The notes: a model not told the origin generated them from the sequence alone. A stretch of DNA of 64,000 nucleotides from Longimicrobiales bacterium (GCA_965238005.1 OZ250165.1:864001-928000), one strand, 5' to 3'. Counted from the stretch's first letter, positions 1-11,062 are shown. Made by a program: numbers and translations.

Positions 1-1
1 G

Positions 2-394
2 CAACTTCCCAAGACCGATCAAGTAGAACAAAGCAGAGCATCGAGAAAGCGACGCTTTGATGCAGAGGCATTTTACTCGGCCATTGATGCGGAGCGCAGG
101 AGTCGACGACAGACTTGGAAGTTGGTTGCAGAGGAGGCCCGGGTCAGCGCCTCCACCCTCACCCGTATGGGGCAAGGTAGGCGGCCGGACGTAGACAGTA
201 TGGCCGCCTTGATAGCGTGGTCTGGTTTGAGCGCAGACATGTTTGTGAAGGACGCCCAAGCAACGCCCGGGCCCAGCTCCTTATCCGTGATCTCAACCTC
301 CTTGAAGAGCGACCCTTACTTGACCCCAGAGGCAGCCGAAGCCCTAGACGAGTTGATGCGGGCAACTTACGAGCGGATGCGGAAGAAGGACTAG
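2..394 (+). CDS. XRE-family HTH transcriptional regulator (5' end outside window)
   Basis: Frame is open from base 2 (..FDAEAFYSAIDAERRSRRQTWKLVAEEARVSASTLTRMGQGRRPDVDS..), a typical Cro/CI HTH pattern. Confidence 0.75.
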   Translation, partial: QLPKTDQVEQSRASRKRRFDAEAFYSAIDAERRSRRQTWKLVAEEARVSASTLTRMGQGRRPDVDSMAALIAWSGLSADMFVKDAQATPGPSSLSVISTSLKSDPYLTPEAAEALDELMRATYERMRKKD

Positions 395-438
395 CTTGTC
401 ATGCAGAGGGGAGTTAATATGGGAGCAAACCCCTCTGC

Positions 439-518
439 TGGACTTGACCCGCTTTCGTGGACACCAAACCCTTGGTGGTAGAAGGAGTCCACGATGCCGA
501 ACACCAGAAAACCCTACC
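439..518 (+). mobile_element. Orphan left end of an IS3-family element (IR, RBS, first orfA codons)
   Basis: TGGACTTGACCCGCTTTCGTGGACACC...GGAGTCCACGATGCC (MPNTRKPY) closely matches the left end of the IS3 copies at 28854 and 32095 (TGGAGTTGACCCGCTTTGGTGGACACC...GGAGTCCACGATGCC, MPRTHAPY). Confidence 0.75.
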
Positions 519-653
519 GTACTCTCTATGTCGGCCTCCTCCTGGTTCGTCCTGAACCGTTCACTGCTCACAACAGGATGCGGCATCGCAGTGCCGGGAG
601 GAGTGAACCGCCCCGGGATTGTCGGAGGCCCCAGAGCTTGAAAGGATGGGGTC

Positions 654-1234
<581 letters not shown>

Positions 1235-1578
1235 TGATGAGCGATTTGGGCCTCAGAGGCGCGGTGCGGGGCCGGAGCTTCAAGGTTACCACGCACGCTC
1301 AGGAGGGCCTAGAGCGGCCCCAGGACTTGGTGGAGCGGAACTTTGCGGCCGAGCAACCGAACGAGCTGTGGGTGTCCGACCTCACCTACGTGCGGACCGG
1401 CCACAGGTTCGTCTATGTGGCATTCGTCATCGACGCGTTCAGCCGTAGGATCGTCGGCTGGCAGATCTCCAACTCACTCAGGAGCGATCTGGCGCTTGAT
1501 GCGCTGGAGCAGGCGATCGCCGAGCGGCTCGTCGAGAGCACGGACCGTCTCGTGCATCACTCGGACCGCGGCGTTCAA

Positions 1579-3041
1579 CCCGAACTCAATCGGTCGTCGC
1601 AACGCTCTGTGTCTGATTTGATCGTAGCAACTCGTTCAACGCTTCGGCAGGAGTTCGCCAGCCGAGGGTCTTCCGCGGCCGGGTGTTGAGCGTGAGAGCC
1701 ACGGCGCCAAGGTCGCTGGCACTGTGCACGCTCAGGTCCGTGCCCTTCGGGAAATACTGCCGCAGGAGCCCGTTGGTGTTTTCGTTCGTTCCGCGCTGCC
1801 AGGGGCTCTGAGGATCGCAGAAGTAGATCTGGAGCCCCGTGTCGATCCGCAGTCGCGCGTGCTGAGCCATCTCCGCACCCTGATCCCAGGCGAGCGACCG
1901 CCAGAGCTGTTCGGGCAAGACCGTGACCGCGCTGGTGATGGCCTCGCGAACCGCCTCGGCGCCATGCCCGGCGAGCGCTGGCCCGTTATTGGCGCGGGGC
2001 CCGCGGCCATGGTCCGTCATGCGGGGCAGGTGGAGGAGGAGGGTGAACCGTGTCGTACGCTCGACCAGCGTGCCGATCGCGGAGCTGCCCAGCCCCAGGA
2101 TGAGATCCCCCTCCCAGTGCCCCGGCACGGCGCGGTCGTCCGCTTCTGCGGGGCGCTCGCTGATCAGGAGCTCTGACGTCACGAACCCCTTGCCTCGACT
2201 ACGTGTGCGGGCGCGGGGCACGCGGAGCGTTCGCCCCGTGCGTAGGCAGGCCGTCAGGTCACGGCGCAGAGCGCCGCGGCCCTGGACGTACAGCGCCTGG
2301 TAGATCGCTTCGTGGCTGATGCGCATCGTCGGGTCATCCGGGAAGTCACGGGGGAGCCGATGCGCAATCTGCGCCGGGCTCCACGCGCGACCCCAGCGGC
2401 GAGGCTGCCGGCGCCCATGACGGCGCCCCTTCCACGGCACCGCCGGCCCGCGCACCGTCGCGCCGTTCGGGGCGACAATCCCTCCGGCGAGACGGTCCTG
2501 CACATACTGTCGGAGCGCTGCGTGTGTAGCCAGCTTCGCCAGCTTAGGGCGCCGTGTGGCCCGGTCAGCGTGCCACTGCGCGGTCGATGCGCGATACTCT
2601 AGCCCACCGCTGCGGGTGGCGGCATTGCGCCGCAGCTCTCGGGAGATTGTCGATGCCGCCCGACCGAGCCGGCGCGTGATCTCCCGCACGCCGTGCCTCT
2701 GGACGCGGAACAGGGCGATCTGCTCCCGCTCGGAGAACGACAGATACCTCCCGGAAAGCGGCGGATATGACAGGGTGAGATGCGATGGCGGCATACCACC
2801 ACTTTCCCGAAACCATCGTACCCCGACAACCGGCGACACGCGTGCGTCCGCCGCAGCGGCTTCGCTCGAGCAGCCGGCCGCAATCGCGGCCCAGAACCGC
2901 TGGCGATCCTCACGCCGTCCGACCGGCGGTCGTCCTGGCGAGCGCAGCTTGGCGCGTCCAGATCGATCCAAGCGCCGTCGCTTCGATCCCGTCATCGCAA
3001 CCTCCTCCGCTGGAGCGTTGCGATGACCGATTGAGTTCACC
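1579..3041 (-). mobile_element. IS30-family insertion sequence with CAA target duplication
   Basis: 26-bp subterminal IR GAACTCAATCGGTC(G/A)TCGCAACGCTC; CAA at 1576-1578 and 3042-3044. Confidence 0.9.
1586..2995 (-). CDS. IS30-family transposase
   Basis: STISRELRRN, ISHEAIY, GHWEGDL, WDQGAEM, PWQRGTNENTNGLLRQYFPKG; ATG at 2995 after GGAGGAGG. Confidence 0.95.
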   Translation of the reverse strand: MTGSKRRRLDRSGRAKLRSPGRPPVGRREDRQRFWAAIAAGCSSEAAAADARVSPVVGVRWFRESGGMPPSHLTLSYPPLSGRYLSFSEREQIALFRVQRHGVREITRRLGRAASTISRELRRNAATRSGGLEYRASTAQWHADRATRRPKLAKLATHAALRQYVQDRLAGGIVAPNGATVRGPAVPWKGRRHGRRQPRRWGRAWSPAQIAHRLPRDFPDDPTMRISHEAIYQALYVQGRGALRRDLTACLRTGRTLRVPRARTRSRGKGFVTSELLISERPAEADDRAVPGHWEGDLILGLGSSAIGTLVERTTRFTLLLHLPRMTDHGRGPRANNGPALAGHGAEAVREAITSAVTVLPEQLWRSLAWDQGAEMAQHARLRIDTGLQIYFCDPQSPWQRGTNENTNGLLRQYFPKGTDLSVHSASDLGAVALTLNTRPRKTLGWRTPAEALNELLRSNQTQSVATTD

Positions 3042-3321
3042 CAATATCTATCGATCCGCTACACGGAGCGCCTGGCTCTGGCCGGGATCGAGCCGTCGGT
3101 CGGCAGTCGCGGCGACAGCTACGACAATGCCCTGGCCGAATCGATCATCGGGCTCTACAAGACCGAGCTACGTCTGGTGGTTCAACAACCACCGGCTTCT
3201 CGAGACCATCGGCCACGTTCCCCCGGCCGAGTACGAAGCAGCGTATTACCTTCGACTTCAGACTCCCCCGGAGCTGGAGACACTCAAACCAATCAGTCTC
3301 CGGTAAACCCGGGGCGATTCA

Positions 3322-3742
3322 CTACCGCCAGGCCCGTGAGGCCGCCGACCGCCAGCGCGTGCTCGACTACGCGATGATGGACGCCGCGGCCTCGCTCGCC
3401 TCGACCGTCGAGAGCGCGCAGAGCTCGTTCGACGACCTGACCGCGAATGGCAATCTGTCCAACACGGCGCTCCAGCAGGCGCAGGTCGCGGCAGCGCTGA
3501 CGCAGGGCCGGATCAACGCCGCCGTGGCGCAGGTGCTCGCCTATCAGGCGGTCGAGCAGGCGAACCGGATGCAGCAGGCCGAGATCGACCGGCTCGAGCG
3601 GCTCGCCGAGTGGAGGGACGCGCGCCTCCGTACGAACGCGATGGCCGATGCGATGCGGGCGGCCGCGTTCCAGAACCGCGACCGGCTCCGGGAGGGGCTC
3701 CTCTTCAAGATCCCGTCGTTCTACATGGGCGGCCAGGCATAG
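3322..3742 (+). pseudogene. 5'-truncated VirB5/TrbJ-like T4SS gene
   Basis: Ala/Gln-rich helical ORF is open right up to the IS end and lies directly upstream of the virB6-like gene. Confidence 0.5.
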
Positions 3743-3760
3743 GCCCCGGGAGCCACTGTC

Positions 3761-4771
3761 ATGCAACTCCTGCCACCGCAGTCGATCGATCCGAACGTCC
3801 CGGCCCAGATCCCCGCGGATCAGCTCCAGGACTTCAAGGGGTTCCTGGACGTCGTGCTCGACACCGTGGTCGGTGGCGCGGCGCCCGACGTGCTCACGCT
3901 CGGCCACCAGCTGTGGGGCGGTCTCGCGGCGATCGTCGTCGCGTGGAGCGGGCTCAAGATCGCGTACAGCGGCACGCTAGAGCCGTGGGCGCTCGTGCGG
4001 GTCGTGCTCGGGATCGCGATCCCCCGGACGCTACTCCATTACTACAGCGTCCCGATCCCGGGCGTGGGCTTCACGTTTCCGGCCATGGTGGCGGCCGGAG
4101 GGATCTGGCTCCAGAACCTGTTCATCTCCGATGTCGTGTCGGTCGGCTACACGGAGATGACCGCGCTCGTCCAGGCGTTCGCCGCACGGCTCGGAGCGGC
4201 ATGGTCGGGCGGGAGCCTGATGACCCTCATGACCGAGGGCGTGAACGTCTTCTTCTCGTCCCTCGTCGCGCTGATGATGGGCGTGCCGCTCGTGCTCGGC
4301 CTGGTCGCGCTCTTCTGCCTGACCTACGCGCAGGTGATCTGGGCGCAGGTGGCGCTCGCGATCGTGATCCTGCTCGGCCCGGTCTTCATCCCCTGGCTGC
4401 TGTTCGAGCCGCTCGCGTTCCTGTTCTGGGGATGGTTCCGCACGCTCATGGTCTACACGCTCTACGGCGTCGTGGCCGGAGCCATCCTGAGGGTCTTCAT
4501 GGGCGTCGGCATGGGCTACGTCACGACCTACACCGGTGCTCTGATGGGCACCGGCTCCTCCGACCCGGCGGAGCTGGGGCTGTGGGTCGTCGTCCTCCTA
4601 CCGCTCGTCGTCTCCGGCCTGATGGCCGGCATGAAGGTGGGCGAGCTCGCCGCGATGCTCGTCTCAGGGTCCGGGTCCGTCGGGTCGGGCATGATGGCGC
4701 TCGTGGTCCGTGGAGGCGGACGCCTCAGCGCTGCCGCGAACCCCGCCCGCCCCCCAATCCCCGGAGGCTGA
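3761..4771 (+). CDS. virB6: VirB6/TrbL-like type IV secretion membrane protein
   Basis: Polytopic membrane protein with LLGPVFIPWLLFEPLAFLFWGWFR; T4SS gene context. Confidence 0.8.
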   Translation: MQLLPPQSIDPNVPAQIPADQLQDFKGFLDVVLDTVVGGAAPDVLTLGHQLWGGLAAIVVAWSGLKIAYSGTLEPWALVRVVLGIAIPRTLLHYYSVPIPGVGFTFPAMVAAGGIWLQNLFISDVVSVGYTEMTALVQAFAARLGAAWSGGSLMTLMTEGVNVFFSSLVALMMGVPLVLGLVALFCLTYAQVIWAQVALAIVILLGPVFIPWLLFEPLAFLFWGWFRTLMVYTLYGVVAGAILRVFMGVGMGYVTTYTGALMGTGSSDPAELGLWVVVLLPLVVSGLMAGMKVGELAAMLVSGSGSVGSGMMALVVRGGGRLSAAANPARPPIPGG

Positions 4772-4782
4772 AGGAGACGTCC

Positions 4783-5451
4783 ATGAACCGAGAACACGAT
4801 GCCGGCCGCGAGTACGCGGAGATCTGGGGCGAGACCGTCGAGGCGAACCGGAAGCTCCGGACGCTGGCGATGATCCTCGCCACCACATGCCTCACGCTCG
4901 GCGTGCTCCTGCTCCGGGTCGCGACCGTCGAGCCGCCCCGCCCGATCGTGGTGCGGGTCGACGAGGTCGGCCGCGCCGAAGCGGTGGCCTACGAGGCCGC
5001 AACGGCGCAGGCGGATCCGCTCGATCCCACGACCAAGTACTTCCTGAACCGGTTCATCGCCGACTTCTATTCGCGGCGCCAGGCGACGATCGAGGAGCAC
5101 TGGACGCGGAGCCTCCGCTTCCTCTCGACCGAGCTGGCGAACGCGGCGTTCACGCGCGACGGCGCCGAGGTCGCCGCCATGGCGGCCGGCACCGCCGACA
5201 CCGAGATCCAGGTCGAGCAGGTCGTGCTCCGCATCCACCCCGCACCGGAGGCGCCGCACGGCGCGACCGCCGACTTCGACCTGGTCCGCCTCCGGCAGGG
5301 GCAGGAGACGCTGAGGGAGCGGTGGTCGATCACGGTCCGGTTCACGTTCCTCACCGTCATCCCCTCCGAGCTCGTCGTCTACAACCCGATGGGCATCCTC
5401 ATCACCTACCTCCAGGCCGACCGTGCCCTGGTCACGGAGCAGCCCAGGTGA
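4783..5451 (+). CDS. virB8: VirB8/TrbF-family conjugal transfer protein
   Basis: Single TM followed by PIVVRVDEVGRAEAV, C-terminal NPMGILITY; RBS AAGGAG. Confidence 0.85.
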   Translation: MNREHDAGREYAEIWGETVEANRKLRTLAMILATTCLTLGVLLLRVATVEPPRPIVVRVDEVGRAEAVAYEAATAQADPLDPTTKYFLNRFIADFYSRRQATIEEHWTRSLRFLSTELANAAFTRDGAEVAAMAAGTADTEIQVEQVVLRIHPAPEAPHGATADFDLVRLRQGQETLRERWSITVRFTFLTVIPSELVVYNPMGILITYLQADRALVTEQPR

Positions 5452-6383
5452 TCGCCCATCTGCGGGGACGGGAAGCGGCGCTCGAGCCGTTCGGGTGGAC
5501 GGGACGCCAGGCCGAGTGGATCGCGCTGGCATGTCTGCACAGCGGCGTGTTCACCCGCGCCCAGCTCTCCGCCTATCTACGGATCGATCGCTGGCAGGCT
5601 CTTCGGTTCGTCCGGGCCATGTCGGAGCGAAGGCTGGCAGCCGACGAGACACTGGAAGGCCGGAAAGTCTGCCGGATCTGTGGGCGCGGGATCTACCGCG
5701 CGCTCGGCGCCGAGGACATCCGCCACCGCCGGACCGCTTCCGATGAAGTGCTCCTGCGGCGCCTGCTCTCGCTCGACTACGTGCTCGAGCACACCGGCTT
5801 GTCGTGGCTGCCCACCGAGCTGGAGAAGGTCGGCGCGTTCGAGGCGCTCGGCATCGAACGCCGGCTCCTGCCCATCCGGGTCTACCGCGGAGCCGCTGGC
5901 AACACCCGGCGCTATTTCCCGCTTAAACTGCCGGTCGCGCTCGAAGCCGAGCGCGCCGTGTTCGTCTACGTCGATCCCGGACACGATACCACGACGGCGC
6001 TACGCTCGTGGGCCGTGGCACATCGCGGCCTCTGGGAAGCGCTGCGGGAGCGCGGCCGATCCATCGAGGTCGTGGCCGTCGTCCGCACCGTGAGGGAGCT
6101 CGAGCGGGCCCAGACGATCCTCGAGAACTGGACCAACACATCTACAGCATCCGGCCCCTCCGCCGCTCCGGAACCCGACAGTGCGGCCCGCCGCGAGATC
6201 GCCCGAATCGAGCAGGCCATCCGCGCCAAGGATGAGCGGGTGCTCAAAGAGTATGGCGACCTGCAGGCCTGCCTCAAGCGGATCGTCGAGCTGAAGGACC
6301 TCCACCGATCCTCGACTCCAGGAACGATGATCCACGGCTTCGCGACATGGCGCTTGAGACGGCTCTCTGGAGGCGGATTTTGA
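5448..6383 (+). CDS. ICE hypothetical protein (wHTH-like N-terminus)
   Basis: GTGA overlap with the virB8 stop; FGWTGRQAEWIALACLHSGVFTRAQL..RYFPLKLPV..FVYVDPG. Confidence 0.7.
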   Translation: MIAHLRGREAALEPFGWTGRQAEWIALACLHSGVFTRAQLSAYLRIDRWQALRFVRAMSERRLAADETLEGRKVCRICGRGIYRALGAEDIRHRRTASDEVLLRRLLSLDYVLEHTGLSWLPTELEKVGAFEALGIERRLLPIRVYRGAAGNTRRYFPLKLPVALEAERAVFVYVDPGHDTTTALRSWAVAHRGLWEALRERGRSIEVVAVVRTVRELERAQTILENWTNTSTASGPSAAPEPDSAARREIARIEQAIRAKDERVLKEYGDLQACLKRIVELKDLHRSSTPGTMIHGFATWRLRRLSGGGF

Positions 6384-6447
6384 ACGCGGATCGGCGAGCG
6401 TCGGTGCTGATCGGCGAGTGCACATCAGACAACGGGGTGCATGTGCA

Positions 6448-6595
6448 CCGAAACGCCATTTCCATGTGCGCGCCAGCGCTCCCTTATGTGGCTGGCTGTC
6501 TTGCAGTTGTGGCACGGCCGCCGGAGCTGCGACGCCGCTCCGGAGCTTTCGGCCGAAGAAGGGAGCGACCCCCCCTTTGGGGATGCCTCGATCGG
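6448..6595 (+). repeat. 148-bp structured non-coding repeat, copy 1
   Basis: Near-identical to 24553-24700 in the same orientation. Confidence 0.9.
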
Positions 6596-6687
6596 CATCG
6601 GGGAGGGTTGGCATGTGCACACCCATGCCACCCTCCCACGCGGGGTCGCTCCCAGCCATGGATCCCTACGGGAAGGTTGTCACAGCG

Positions 6688-8205
6688 ATGCTGAGGCCGG
6701 CGACGCTCGTCCTCATGGGCCTCGCTTCGGCGGCCGCGATCGCCCACGCCTTCCGGGCGCCGTTCCCCGGACCCGGCGGCAACCCCGTGCTGGACTTGAT
6801 CGCCTACCACGATCCGGGCTTCCACACGGTGATCCGCGTCTGGTACTACGTGGCGCCCGCCGTCGCCGTGGTGCTCTTCGGCAGCCTCGGCCTCTCGGTC
6901 TGGAGAGTCTGGCTCCAGCCACGAGCGGGAGGAGGGCGCCGGGGCACGTTGCCACCCTGGCCCGCCTCGCCCGAGGACGAGACACCATCGCTGGTGATCG
7001 GCGAGCTCCACCATCCCGTCGTCCCGCGCGAGAGCGAGCGGCCGTCCTGGCTCGTCGTTCCCGAGACGGGGCTCTACACCGGCGTGCTCATCGTCGGGGC
7101 GGTCGGCTCCGGCAAGACCTCGGCCTGCATGTATCCGTTCGCCCAGCAGCTCCTCTCGTGGCAGGCCGACCGCCCCGCACGCCGGGCCAGCGCCTTGGTG
7201 CTCGAGGTCAAGGGCGACTTCTGCCACAGCGTGCGGGGGATCCTCGAGGAGGCCGGCCGCGTGGACGACTACCTGGAAATCGGGCTGGACGGGTCCTGGC
7301 AGTGGAACCCGCTCGACGATCCGCTGCTCGACACTTACTCGCTCGCCTACAGCGTCTCATCCCTGATCAACCAGCTCTTCGGCAAGAGCCGCGAGCCATT
7401 CTGGCAGCAAGCCTATACGAATCTCGTGCGCTGGATCGTCGAACTGCACCGGCTCCTGCCGGGGGGCTGGGTCACGCTGCAGGACGTCTACCGCTGCACG
7501 ATCGACGCGGAGCTGTTCGCGCAAAAGATCCGCGCGGCCCGGGACCTGGTGGCTGAGGCGTGCCCGGCGCGCGTCGTCATCTCCCACGACGACATGATCG
7601 GCCATCCGGAAGCGCTGAATGACTGGGTCTGGATATATACCTCCGGTGAGGACACGGTGACGTGCCGGCTCGACCCGGTCCTCCGGGATCGGCTCGCCGA
7701 GCTCGAGATCCCGTTCGAGACCGAGGAAGGCGAGAGCGGCGCAGGCAGCGAACTCAGGGAGCAGGTGGAGGCGATCGAGCGCTGGTACCTGAATGACTGG
7801 ATGGCGCTCGATGCCAAGCTCCGCACCTCGATCGTCGAGGGCATCTCCGTCTTCCTCTCGCTCTTCGACCAGCCGCAGGTCGCGAGCGTGTTCTGTCCGC
7901 CGCCGCCGGAATCGGATGAGTCCCCATCTATACATATAGGTACCGATGCGCCCGACGAGGATGCGGCGGCCGTCCGGCCCATGCCGGGCCTCCGCCGCCG
8001 GCTGCCGCCGCTCGCCGAGTTGATCGAGGGCGGCAAGGTCCTCGCGCTCAACATGCCCGCGGGCGCGAACCCGGCGCTCGGACGCGCGATCGGCGTGCTG
8101 CTCAAGAACGCCTGGATGCAGGCGCTGCTGCGGCGGCCCGCCGAGGCCGCCCGCCGGCCCGGCCGCTACCTCCGGCCCGCCGTGTTCATCTGCGACGAGT
8201 ACCAG
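6688..8205 (+). pseudogene. virD4: VirD4/TraD-like coupling protein, N-terminal part (interrupted by an integrated element)
   Basis: N-terminal TMs, Walker A GAVGSGKT, LEVKGD, WNPL, FWQQA; homology stops at Walker B FICDEYQ. Confidence 0.88.
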
Positions 8206-8266
8206 TCCGACAAGAAAAATATCATAACGCTATATGTAATAATTAGTTATGATGCCGTCGCTTGCC

Positions 8267-8292
8267 CGCGATCACCCCTGCAATCACCCTTT
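8267..8292 (+). promoter_or_regulatory. Putative integrase arm-type sites (left att)
   Basis: CGCGATCACCCCTgcaATCACCCTTT, matching 12243-12268. Confidence 0.7.
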
Positions 8293-8575
8293 GCGCGGCG
8301 GGTAGCGGAATCCCATGGAGCAGCCCCGTTCGCCGTTCAGTCGTTCGGCCGTCCCGTGGGACCCGGCGTCGTCCCATAGCGACTCCCGGCAACTCAAGTT
8401 CGACAGCGGCCGCATCTCGGGGATGAGACACGCCTCTCAAAATGGCCGGCCCGCAGGGCGGCTGTCCAGTGAAGCAACCGGCAACCCGAAAGCCGCGACC
8501 ACATCGCGCGTCCCTGCAAGTTATCATGATGAGCGACGGGACCCTGGCCACACTTCGGGCGAGGAGAAGGGGATT

Positions 8576-8908
8576 ATGACCAAGGCAGACCTGGTCGAGC
8601 AGGTCGCCGATGCGGTTGGACCGCGAGTCACCAAGAGGGACTGCGGGCTGGTGGTCGACGCCTTCCTCGACGCTGTGAAGGACGCGCTTGCGCACGGGGA
8701 GGGCATCGAGCTCCGGGGCTTCGGCACCTTCAAGGTGCGGCACCGCAAGGGCCGCAAGGCCCGCAACCCCAGGACCGGCAAACCTGTGGAGGTCCCGCCC
8801 CGCGCGGTGCCCGTCTTCCAACCGTCGAGACACCTCCGCAGGCAGGTGGACCGAGGCCACAGCTCGTCCGTCACGGGGGAGCCCTTGGAGGCCGTTGGCA
8901 AGCCGTAG
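8576..8908 (+). CDS. HU/IHF-family DNA-binding protein
   Basis: MTKADLVEQVA..IELRGFGTFKVRHRKGRKARNPRTGKPVEVP..PVFQPS. Confidence 0.95.
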   Translation: MTKADLVEQVADAVGPRVTKRDCGLVVDAFLDAVKDALAHGEGIELRGFGTFKVRHRKGRKARNPRTGKPVEVPPRAVPVFQPSRHLRRQVDRGHSSSVTGEPLEAVGKP

Positions 8909-9509
8909 CCTGCCCGCCACGACCGCGTCGCTGGCCGTGGGTGGAAGGGCTGGCTCACGCCCCTTAAGGTGCGTAAGCCAGCCCACGCAGTGTTTAACAC
9001 TGCGGCCTGGCAAGGGGGCGCTACGCCCCCCCTTAGACCCCCCGGCTTCCCGTCCCGCTGCCGGAGCGGCGGGCGGCGGGGTGCGACGCCCCCCGAACCC
9101 CGTCGCCGGTGCTGCGGCTGAGCGCTGCCCCGTCGTGGCCGACGATCCGGCCGACGTGATCCTCAACGGACCCGCAGCCGGGAACTTGGTCGTGACCGGC
9201 AAGGGCGTGAGGTTCCGCCCGTGGGGGAGTCCCGGCCGACGGGGTGGCGACCGCCGGGGCGACCGGCCCCGAGTCCCACCGAGCCCGGAACACCGCTCAC
9301 ACGGGGATTCCGGGCGTTCCGGGGCCGGTTGGGCGGAATCCGAGGCCGTAGGATCGCCTGTGACGCGCGAACTCGACACCCGGAGGGGTATCCCCCGGTT
9401 TCCCGACCGCCCTTCGCAGCCCCTTTGCTCGAATCACAGCAAAGAGGTTCTGCCCTGGGACGTTTCGGCTGCTCTTCAACGCACTGGTCGCGCGGCGTAG
9501 ATTGCTATC

Positions 9510-10325
9510 ATGATTAAGCTTACCGACATCTGGCCAGTCGAGAACCCGCACGATTACAAGGTGCATTTCGCGACTCGGAACAAAGATCGCACTGAGCCGC
9601 TTCTCGTCCTGGCACGCGACGCCGATGAATGGAAACGGTGGCAGGAATACCGCCCGAAAACGGACCAATTCAACCGGAAGTTCATCTTCTCGCTCGCGCG
9701 TGTCTACGACGAGGAGGACAGTTGGTTGTTTGGCGGGGTCTTCCGAGTCATTGAGCGCCTGCCCGAACGATACCAGGTTGAACTGACCGAACAAGGTGGA
9801 CCATTCGTTCGTCGCCTGAAGCTTCGCTCGCCCTATCGCGGCCGGGCGCGACGCGTGAACATGGAGGGGAGACTTGACGAGTTCGAGGTACAGGAAATCC
9901 TCCCCGAGCGCTATTCGGGCCTTCCATTCCCGGGCTTCGAGAGCATCGACCTAGCGTTCAGCGAGTTCGAGGTCCTCCACCGCAACAACCGCCCGGACTG
10001 GCAGGCGGCTTTGGAGAGCGTCAGTGGCGTTTACTTGATTACCGCGCGTACCCGAAGCGCGGTCCGTCAATACGTTGGCGCTGCCTACGGGGAACAGGGC
10101 ATCTGGTCGCGGTGGGTTGATTACCTGAAAACCGGTCACGGCGGAAACGCCGCGCTTCGAGAGCTTATTGGAAACGGGGGGTTACGTTACTGTCGCCGGC
10201 ACTTCCGGTTTGCTCTCCTCGAACACATGTCCCGGAATACGCTGGACGGGTCGATTCAGGACCGCGAGGCGCACTGGAAGAGAATCCTCGGAACCCGGGA
10301 CCGAGGAGGACTCAACCGGAACTAG
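9510..10325 (+). CDS. GIY-YIG nuclease family protein (COG3410-like)
   Basis: SGVYLIT..QYVGAAYG..IWSRW..GHGGN..REAHWK..GLNRN. Confidence 0.85.
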   Translation: MIKLTDIWPVENPHDYKVHFATRNKDRTEPLLVLARDADEWKRWQEYRPKTDQFNRKFIFSLARVYDEEDSWLFGGVFRVIERLPERYQVELTEQGGPFVRRLKLRSPYRGRARRVNMEGRLDEFEVQEILPERYSGLPFPGFESIDLAFSEFEVLHRNNRPDWQAALESVSGVYLITARTRSAVRQYVGAAYGEQGIWSRWVDYLKTGHGGNAALRELIGNGGLRYCRRHFRFALLEHMSRNTLDGSIQDREAHWKRILGTRDRGGLNRN

Positions 10326-11062
10326 CACTAGCGCTAGGCCAACCACATGAGGTCCCAGCATGCGGGTGCGCCTTCTCGAGACCCCAGCCTCCTGCGCCGC
10401 TGGACGCCGCGCCCGAACCCGCCGCCGGTGTGCTCGTGGCGGAGCGGCACCACCCCGGCCCGCTCCCGGCGCGATGCCGACGCACCATGCCACCGGTTGG
10501 AGGCATGGTGTCGGTCGCCCGGATCCCGAATTGCCGCGTCGAGGCGGGAGCCGGGCGACAGCCCGTGGACTTGCGCCGGAGCGCGGACCTGTCGGGGGTC
10601 GAAGGGGCGGAGCCCCTCGCCAGCCCTTGCCGGGGACCCGCGAAGCGTGGCCCCAAGGGGTATGCTGGCTTAGCCACATTAGAGTGGCTCAAGCCAGCCC
10701 TGCGGACGCCTCCGAAACGCGCTCCGAGCAGCCACCCGGAACAGCGGGCGAAGGGCCAACTCTTGCCCGCCAGATCGGCCGCCCGGTCGTTCATGAGCCG
10801 GTCGCTCCGAGGACCGAGAGCGGGGGCGGTAACGACGACGGCGGCGACTACGATGATCGGCGGGGAGCCCACCAGGCGCTCGTTCACGACGGCGGCGCTC
10901 TCTGCCGCGTGGCCGCGTTCCGCCCTACCGTAACCCCTCGGCGACCGGCGATCGTGCGTCAGAGGCGATCCTACGGCCCGCAGCTTTCCGGAAATGCCCG
11001 TGGAACGCCCCGGAAACGGCCTCTGAGCCCGTCGCGGAACCGGCGGCACAACAGGGGGGTGG

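Noticed and set aside
3610..6383. 613-aa and 557-aa ORF-track proteins as single genes
   Set aside because: Their N-terminal parts are off-frame overlaps of virB6 and virB8; the real starts are 4783 and 5448.
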